Positions 54,701 to 64,000 of a stretch of DNA of 64,000 bases are shown piece after piece; positions within the stretch are counted from its first letter, which is position 1; each line of letters begins with the position of its first letter. The translations under genes and the position numbers were made by a program. This DNA is from Tubiluchus corallicola (taxonomy: Eukaryota; Animalia; Priapulida). The notes under the pieces were generated by a model that searched no databases, had not been told where the DNA came from, and saw only the letters and a program-made list of their open reading frames with translations. Where the stretch lies: positions 62,001 to 126,000 of the forward strand of contig JAQGDQ010000036.1 in assembly GCA_030141605.1 (NCBI GenBank), read 5' to 3'.

Positions 54701-56766
54701 TTTGCAACCAGTTAACACTGCCACCGTAAAAAATATAACAATTGTTTGCAACTATGCAGTTATACTTTTGCAAGTTGTACCGTAATTAGCAACAAGTTTT
54801 GTTTATGAACAGTTTAATCTACCATGTCTTTATGCTTTTCACAATGGAAAATATTAAAACAGAAAAATTGAAATACTGAATATTGAAATAATTGCATAGT
54901 AAAAATAAAACAGGCCTTCAATTAGCAGTCACTCACTCACTATTAGCCTATCAATCACTCTGTCAATTAATACTTATTTAAGAAAATCAGTACAAATATG
55001 TTCACAAAGAGTGATGATTATTAATTAAATGAACAGAAGTTTTGTTCAATCTTAGTTGAAAATTTTTCAATTTTAAAATATAGGTTGCAATAAGCATAAT
55101 TTATAGGCAGGCCTATAAGAAGCGATGTCTACCTCACTGTAGTTATAGATCAGATTTGAGGTTTTTATTTAAAGCCCAAATGTTTCAAAACAGTAGTAAT
55201 GAAAAACGATGAGCCCGTTTTAAACCTTGGGAAGACTGTAACTAAAGTGTATGGCAATTATCAAAACTGCAAATACTGTAGTTGCAATAGCTTTCCGTGA
55301 GATTTGCTGCAATTAGTTGCAATTTCTTAATCAGTTCTTGTGCCTGTCAAATTAGGTGATCTGGTTTGATGTGTCTAAGCTTAACTTTTTCATGAATTTT
55401 GTTTAGCATGTGTTAGGGAATTTGTTAGCATTCTTCTTTTTATTCAATCAAGTTTAGTTAAGTTGCGTAACACTAATGCAAGAATTAAGTGCCAACTGAA
55501 AGTATGCATTCTCATTTTAAATGGGCAAAATCATGACTTCTTCTCAAGAAAAACAAACACAGTATTTAGCATTCAATGCAGTTAAAGTGTCAGGTAAATA
55601 TAAATTATTACAATGCAGTGCGGAACTGCATTACTTCTAAAGAAGCTTAAATCTCAAAAAGATACTAACATGTTAACTTTTATTTTAAATTGATTTATTT
55701 TCTATAAACTTTTTTCAGGTAATACTAAGCTGTACATAATAATACAAAATCAGTGCCTATACGTATTTACACAACATGGGCATTCCCCATGACAATATAA
55801 TACAAACTTAAAAATAATTATTTATATTAACACAGACTTAACAATGATAAACACAGTAGTTTACATAATATTATACAAATTAGCTATACCTTACTCAGAC
55901 TTCTAAAACTAGGTAATACCGATAAACTACAGTAATTTACGGTACATAGCCGCATCATTTAAATAATTTGTATTTGCTAAAAATATCAATATAAACTAAA
56001 TTTTATAGGAGTGACTGAGTACAGAAGTCTTAATTCTAAAAAGAGACTATTTTCCAAGTAGCTTCCTTGACACAATTATAGTTTATACTTCTTAATCTAG
56101 TATATACATATTTCAAAATAATGTTAATGCCGAATGTTTATAATGCTTAAGACAAATACATTTGAGATGAAACGTTTAAGAATACACAGTTAAGAAATGT
56201 TGTTTTACCTTATAATTAATTTTAATGTTATGCTTAAAAAATTGTTCATAGTAAGGTAATACAAATTTAAAATCCTGTGTCAGCACATGCCTTCCTCTGC
56301 AAAGTTTACAAGTGTTCAGTAAGTACTGAAATACAAGCCAGTGCATTGTGAATTGTCACTATTAGGCCATGTCATGCTACTGACTCAAACGCTGCAAAAA
56401 TAATCTCGAGAAATGTACTAAAAATAGAAAAAGCAGAAAATACTGTACACAAATCACAGTCAAGTAGCATAATTCTACTTGAGGCAAAAGTGCAAAACAA
56501 CAGTGACTTAAAATACTTGCTTTAAAAGATATTTCTCTTACAAAAATAAATAATTAGGTAGCACCTAATAGTGTTTCAAAGCAATCATTTTTAAACAAGT
56601 ATAAAGGCAAATGAATCAAATAAGCTCTCTTTGATGGTAACCAAATAAATGCTAACAACAAGATTACATAGTGCCAAATAAGGAAAAAAGTAGAAAAAAA
56701 TAGAAGATGACTTGATGCAATCTAAACTTTTGTTAGATACTTAGTTTTATGACTAATGATTTAACT

Positions 56767-57190
56767 CAGGGGTGTGCAAACTGTGGCCCGTGGGTCACTT
56801 GCGGCCCGCATAGAGAGATCTTGTGCGGCCCGCGAAGAGGTTTGTCAACGTAATGAAAGTGCGGCCCACTGAAGTCTGCGCCAATATCGCAAAGATAGTG
56901 CGGGTAGTTTTTTCCTCTAGATCGGATGGTATTAGCCCTTGCAAGACTGTTGTCACTTAATGTCACTGTCGGACATGATGAAATATATGGTTTTTAATAT
57001 AAATTTTAATAACTTCTAAAATAGTTTTTGAGTGTAGTAGTGCAGTAGTGATGATGTGCGCAAATTGGATGCAAAAAAATTGTTATTAGGTCCTACTGTA
57101 CTTGGCTCCTTGACCAAACTGCATGTGGCCCGCAGGAATTGCGGGAAAGTTTAATGTGGGCCGGCTAGTCAGATAATTTGCACACCCCTG
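56767..57190. mobile_element. hAT (Charlie-like) MITE, 424 bp
   Basis: Perfect 14-bp TIRs caggggtgtgcaaa / tttgcacacccctg, perfect 8-bp TSD atttaact (56759-56766 and 57191-57198), and multiple ggcccg sub-terminal motifs. Confidence 0.93.
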
Positions 57191-57508
57191 ATTTAACTGG
57201 TAAATGAACAATTTAACCAATTATATAACAAATGGTGAACTTAATTGTGCCTCTTGAATCAATATTTATACTAGTTTCTGTCATCATTTCAAGCAGAACC
57301 TGCCACATGACTGTATAGCAAAGTATACTTTTTATAACACATATCTTTGGCTTAAACTTTACCACATGCTATGTGTGGTGGCTGAGACAACAATAACAAT
57401 TATAATAATGTTAATATATTTTACAGATCTATGAACAAAAAAACGGCAAGATCTACACGAAGATTTATAACATATTAACGATGTAGTTAATACGTTAATA
57501 ACTTATCG

Positions 57509-60500
57509 TCACAACGGAAAGATCACGTAATGGAATAAAGCTATACTACTAAACACAGAAACAAATACAGATAAATGTATCCTACATGCTGCAGAGCCAG
57601 TTGTGCTCAAATGTGATGTTCTAACTCCAGCAGCTATTAGAGGAGAAAGAGACAGATCTGAAAGAAGAATAGGGCTTCCTGATCTAATCATCAGTTCAAT
57701 TTTCATGGCTTCTGTATGGCAGGCTTTTATCTGTAGAAAAATAACGAAAAAAATAATTTTACAAAACACGTACATGAGCATTACCAACACAACAAATGCA
57801 ACCAGCAACACAGCATTCTTCCAATTATTTGTAAAGCTTAAAAGCCAACTAAGTAATGACAAGCAGGCCAATTCAGATATAGATAATTTGTGACTTTACA
57901 ATATTTTTAGGAAATGTTTATTCTATACATATTATATATTATTATTTTAGAGTCATACTTATGCTATGAATAACATTTCTAATCCATACTATTCCATCAG
58001 ACACATGCCACAGTGTACACACCTGCACATGAGTTGGATTATCAACTACAGGTATCACTAAGATAATGAGTTCTGACTCGATGCTCAAGTATCCAAAAAC
58101 ATCACATTCTGGAACCATCACATGAACTTGTAGCTTGCTTGTAATGGTATGGACGGTCAGAGGATCACTCTTTGTAGCTTTTGCAGCACGATTTGCCTGA
58201 GATCTGCTGTAGATTATCCTCACTTCAGCAGCTAAAACACAAACGATGAATTTATATAGCACAGGCTGATGATAAACTTAAAAACCAGTTGAGGACAGCA
58301 GGTTTTGAAAACGTACTAGACACTAGTTAAAAGATGTTGGTAGTTCTAAGCCCGCTCTGGAACCAAACCAGCCATGTTGTGAAAATTAGGAATTAACCCT
58401 AATCACTAATCACAAAAAATAGACCACTTCTTGGAATTACTAAGAAACTCATTAGTATGTAAATCCGTGTAAAACAATGCTTTCCGACTGCATATAGAAG
58501 GTGAAACCCAAAACTTACCGCAAATAGGACAGCAGTTTCCAGGAGGTGTAATCCCTTTACAATTCTTTGCATTTAAAGGCGGACATGTTACTCCTGTACA
58601 CTGAGAATTCAAAACATCTAAATCTGCAACAAAAAAACAATTGCACATCTGATGAAAATTTGAAGTACTTTTTTAAAAAAACAATTCCCCAAAATAAATA
58701 AATCACTGTAGCCAGTGATCAACTGTTTAACAGCTATCCATGCAAACAGATAAACTCACATTTTGTTACACATCTGAGCAACAGGTGGCACAACATTCCT
58801 GGATGCACAACAGTGAAAATAATTATACTGTGAAATGCATGCAAAACTTACAGGTTAGTTGTCCGACAGCTTTACATGATCCAATGTAATCAACTGCTAC
58901 TTTATCTGCCCAGGCAGCACATTCACTACTGTATGTTTCTCCATTGCGACCACAAACAATGCCTTCCGTCTTACATTTTTGCTAAAATTTAATAATTTGT
59001 TAAAATAAAAAAAGTTGAAAAATTGTAATAGTACCAACAAAAGGACACGTTAATGTACTAGTTTCTAAAACAGAAAGACATATCAATACCAACTTCTTTC
59101 AACCATTCATGTAATAAAATTTACAAAACATAAGTACACAATGTACATATGGCTGACATGCACTATAGACCATTATAAAAAATAAGCTTACCACACATGT
59201 GCCCTTATGGAGACCATCAGCATGGATAAACTGACACATGGAATTTGGATTTTCCAGCTTACAGAGGGAATTATGTATCTCTGCTTTACAGTTAATATGA
59301 AGAGGCACACAATCATACTGCTTGCAATGCGGAGAATTTTTCGAAAAATTTACTAGGCAGATGCGTCTTCTCGGGATACATCTACAAATAACATTATGCA
59401 TACGCTCAGAAAATGTCTTTCAAACTCAGAATGTTTGACACTTACACTTTACTACATTACTTTCAGTTTTTAAAAATTCATTAATCTACTTAGATTGCAC
59501 AATGCTGCAAGCCAGTGTCAAACCTAGTGCCAGCTAGATGAAATCAATTAAAACTCTTCGATTACTTTGAAACAATCTGAAAACTGTTTATGGTCAGGAT
59601 TACTTATTACACAGCAAGAATCAACATTAATTTTAATAATCACAGAAAACCAAAAAAAAAATTAGAATAGAGATGCAGACAATCACAGCACTTTTATCGC
59701 AATACAAGAGTATTAACAATTGTAAAAATGGCTAATGTACTACCTTTCATTTGGCCCACATGAATTCTTATGACAAGGATCTTTCGTGCATGCACCAAGT
59801 GAATACTGATCCTCAGATTCCAGTGCACACCTGGGCATAAAACAATTTCATTTTAGATACTTCATTTTACAATACATTTTAAATACTTCAAAAAGAAATA
59901 GGCAGTTTTTATTACACTGATTACAAACATGTAATGGTAGGTGCTGATATAGGTTTTCAGTCAAGAATTTTAATTTTTCTAAATTTAACAAAATTGGGAA
60001 TAGTAGTTACTGTAACATCATTCAGACTTCTACACACCTCGCTAGACATTCATTAGGATACGTTCGCCCATTGATTCCACAGACTGGTTTGTAATGCTCT
60101 CTGCAGTAACATGGTAGGCCACGATATCCGACAGCACTATCTTGACTTGGTGGACACATACGATTGCTACATGTCACCTCATTATCATAACAGACGCAGA
60201 CATTACAGCCGTCATACCAATGAGTGTTATGTGCTGAAACAATGGCAGTTTAATGATTTAATAAAATTATGCAGTTAAAAGCATAAAAAAAGATTAATAT
60301 GTACCCAAAAAAATACTTTTGGTATCTCTCATTTCATTAATGTGGCCATTAACAAGTCTTCAATGTCAAAATGTCAAGTATGATGTTCAAAACCATTTCA
60401 TGCTCGTTTAAGCAACTATATCTAGCTCATTAATCCCTTATTTATTCTTTTTTTGCATACTTTTATTTATCATTTATTACTGTATTATCTACTAACAATA

Positions 60501-63500
60501 CTGCATTAACTTTATAAGTTGATAAAATACAAAAACATATGTAACAACTACCAAAAATGAAATCGTAACCACATAACTGAAGATAGACAGCTAATGTTTA
60601 CCTTTAACTTTATCTCCGTGTAGACATGTCCGTGCACCTTGGCATGGCATATTTTCACATTTTTCTAATATGTTTTTCTCTGTGCATTGACACACTTTGT
60701 AACAGCCCCAGTCCCGGAAATCCATGTCATTGTTTGGGGTAGGAATTCGAACAAACGTACCACGTGGCACAAGAAATTCAGATACCTCCCCCATTTTACA
60801 TCCAGGCTGGCAGAGGTAAGGAACACAAGTACGCTTATTGATACACTGCCGTTGTACAGTACATATCTGATTTTTACCACAAGGATTTGGCTTGCACGGA
60901 TGAGAAACATCATTTGAACTTGCAGCATATGGACTTTCAACTGTGTAAAGACAGAACATGTCACAGCTTAATAAGCATGTCAATAGAAGTTTTATGATAT
61001 GTAAAACACGAGTTTGGGATTTAATGTAATTATTGAAAGCTAGTATTTCTACCAGATAAACTCACAACAGTAAATTCACTACAGAAATTTACAGTCACTT
61101 TACATGCAAAAACTGAATCTCCTTAATACACGAGGAATCAAACATAGACATAGCGCTCATTGCTGCAAGCACTGCTAAATTAACAGCTTGCACTCACAAA
61201 GACTTACAAAAATGAAAAGAAATGTTAAAATAGGTAAGCACTTATCTATAAACTAACTTACTCAAATACTTAGTTACAGATATGCAGGGAGTATTATCGT
61301 CAATGGGTGCCATTGCATCACATATACTTTCAGGAGTATTTCCTAGCAATCTTGACCTGTCTGCACATTTAGACAAAATCATGAGGCAGTCTGATCTGCA
61401 AAAAAGTAAAGAATATGACATTAATTTTTCTTGCCACTCACACTATATATTTTATTAAATTTGTTAAACAATTGTCATTCAACAAAAATACCCTTGATGT
61501 TAAAAATGGTTGAAAAAACTTCCAAAAAAATTCACTTATCATGACCTTTTTAGCAAGCACAAAATTCAGAGTTCATAAAACTTAGAATACAACAGCTGCA
61601 CCCTAAGCTTTCTAAAATGTGACAGCAGACAAGATTTATTAAAAGAAAAGAAAAATGAGAATGAATGATACATGACAGGTAGCCCCTCGGCAACAATCTC
61701 ACCGAAGACGGTGACAAATTGAAAAATTCTATAAACTGGTTGAGTTACAAAAGACCATCATCTTGGTAAGATTGGTTAAAAACTAGTGTGTTGACTAGGG
61801 GTGTTCGAGGTTTGGGAAATATTCGAGGCTCGGGTCGGGATCAGCAGTTGGGGATTGGGATTCGGATGAATTCAAGCTCGGGATCTTTTGGGGTTCAGGA
61901 TCAAGTGATCGGAATTGAGGTTCAGGTAAATATAATTATCAGCAAATGGAGAAAAGAAAATTGCAGCGAAGTTTTAGCTCCACCCATTAATATTGATAAC
62001 TGTGGCATGATTCACCAAACTGCACGCTCAAATGATGCTCAGTTCTGACTTTTCATGGTTCCTTTCAAGTGGTATGGCTTCATAAATTCAATAAATGTAG
62101 ATTTATACCACTAACTGGTAGTTTCAACAAGTAATATTGAAACTAAGAAATTATATAAATTATTTACGTGTTTGTTTAATGTGGTATTTGTGGAACTGGC
62201 TAATTCTTTATTATTAAAGTCTAATAATTATAACAAAGACTTCAAAAAATGCCTCGTGTCGTGAACATCATAATTATTGATAAAAAACAAGACAAGAAAT
62301 CTTTCCGAATTGCAAACAGCCTCACGATGCCATAATCCTACAGTATTTAGTTCAGCAGCCAGAAAATCTAGTTTAGAAAAAGTATCTAGACTAACAGGCT
62401 TTCACCCACACACATGCCTAGCAGCATGCCAGCAACAAATTCATTAACTGCCCTGTGGATGCGGTTCTCTCAATGACAAAGCATTTGCTTTTGTCCTTGT
62501 TCATGCAGTAACAATAAGTGTATTCCTTATTTCCCTGTGGTGTCTCCCTGCACTGAGTGTGCCTATTTTACTATGATAAGTTAAATGTAAAATAAATGTG
62601 ACAGTAATCTTCTTGCTATGAAGTTTAAAATAATTGTTAGAAAGAATAGTTATACATAGGGCCTACTGACCAAGAAGCAATATCTACTTGGGCGATATTC
62701 AGATAGGAAAGATACTAGTAGCATACATAGTAAAATAACATAACACAAAAAAATGACAAATTATTTTTTGTAAATTGTTCCAACATTACAGCAAAGATAT
62801 CTCATCAGAAGTGCCACACTAATACACTCTATGTCCGCAAAAAGCTAATCATGCATTTACTTGAAAGTACTTTTTACTTTAAGACATTTTAAAAATATCA
62901 CGACGTAGTTAAGGTTAATAAAATTCCAATAAACAAATTTAAGCGATGAATAATGGCTCATTTTTATTCATATGCCTCAAAAAACTAAAATAAAGTAAAT
63001 GTTGTTTTCGAATATTATTAATGTTTCAAGTTCGGGGCTGGGATTGGGTTCGAGACGTGATGACAGTGAATGTTCGGGGTTTGACAAAAGTTCGGGATGG
63101 AGGCTCGGATTTCGAGATCATAACTTAATAGCTGTACTTATTTGACACATATAATTGTACTTACTTGCATATTGGATTAGTGTAAGCTCGAGTGTTGCAT
63201 GGTTTAATCTGCAGCATGCAAGCGATTGCTTTCCATAATTGTGGTTCACATTTATTTATATCCAAGACTGGAATATTCATCAAAAGCATGCGGTGATTTA
63301 TAGTTCCGTTCTTCCACAGCATGATGTCATTTCTTGCAGCTGCATCTGCGCGTTGATTGCAGGATCTAAACAGCTCTGTTGGTCTGTCATTAAAGTTTGT
63401 GCAGTATGAAAGCCCGCTACATCCTGGCTCACACGGCTCTTCAACTAGAAATAATGAAACATTATTAAACTAACAGAAACACAATAAATCTAAAGCAGTA

Positions 63501-63927
63501 CAATGGTTGATTAAAAAATAACTAAGCATTTCTTAACTTGCACTCCCCTACCACCATCGTATACAAACAGCACGATGAGATTACCTAATAAAACAAATAT
63601 ATAGCTAACTTAATAAACATGTGAAGGCTAAAATTAGGCAATTAATGACAATACAAGTGTAACAAATGAGAAGTTAGATCCATGCAAATTTGACTTGCTT
63701 CAAAGTAGTTGTCATATAGATATGAATACCATATACATACATACATGAATAGATATCATGACTTATGCTATTTATGTATATGGTATGTTAACATTTATCA
63801 TTTAACATCTACCTTACAACTACAGCTTACCATCGGCCAAACAGCTGATGAGTGGTAATTCTGATGGCTGGTATCGACAATGAAGCTCAAACTTCTGCCA
63901 AGTTTGAGTAAAATCTGTGCTAAATGT
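57509..63927 (-). CDS. RECK: Reversion-inducing cysteine-rich protein with Kazal motifs, 3' portion (continues beyond window end)
   Basis: Eleven phase-consistent exons: 63927-63831, 63444-63165, 61395-61262, 60940-60602, 60233-60038, 59830-59744, 59381-59192, 58981-58852, 58623-58519, 58231-58023, 57730-57509 (TGA). Motifs YCTNFNDRPTELFRSCN, WKAIAC.LQIKPC, GCKMGEVSEFLV, Kazal PVCGINGRTYPNEC and VCGRNGETYSSEC, ECDVFGYLSIESEL, and a hydrophobic GPI-signal C-terminus. Confidence 0.96.
61795..63125. mobile_element. Probable non-autonomous DNA element in a RECK intron with gg(a/t)tcgg repeats at both ends
   Basis: Clusters of ttcgg/tcggg/gggatt motifs at 61795-61927 and 63028-63120. TIR and TSD are not clean. 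Confidence 0.4.
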
Positions 63928-64000
63928 CTGAAAACACAAGAATCTGCTGATAAATTGCAATAATATTTGAGAAAATATATCGTATACGAGAACTGCATAA

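Noticed and set aside
63798-63998. 66-aa ORF as listed in the track
   Set aside because: Wrong frame; the real RECK exon (63927-63831) is in another minus-strand frame.

Overview
AT-rich, intron-rich invertebrate (metazoan) genomic DNA, not prokaryotic. Hand-splicing gives six genes with phase-consistent exon chains: the 3' part of CCDC148 (+, with one GC-AG intron), a complete single-lipoyl DLAT/PDH-E2 (+), an ABHD4/ABHD5-family hydrolase with an intact GHSLG nucleophile (-, first exon not located), a complete SLC7 LAT-family light chain (+), an unrecognised Tyr/His/Arg/Gly/Asn-rich low-complexity protein (-), and the 3' part of RECK (-). Introns carry CR1/L2 LINE relics, hAT and Tc1/mariner-type MITEs, an Academ-like relic, a Helitron-like element and long (CT)n tracts. 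The most striking observation is a ~180-nt, ~82% identical inverted copy of the ABHD4/5 catalytic exon and its acceptor, located two introns downstream. In the pre-mRNA it can fold back onto that exon and places a C opposite the A of the catalytic Ser codon in a UAG context. This is a candidate editing or splicing switch between active hydrolase and pseudoenzyme, but function is untested. All gene identities come from recalled motif similarity; no searches were run.
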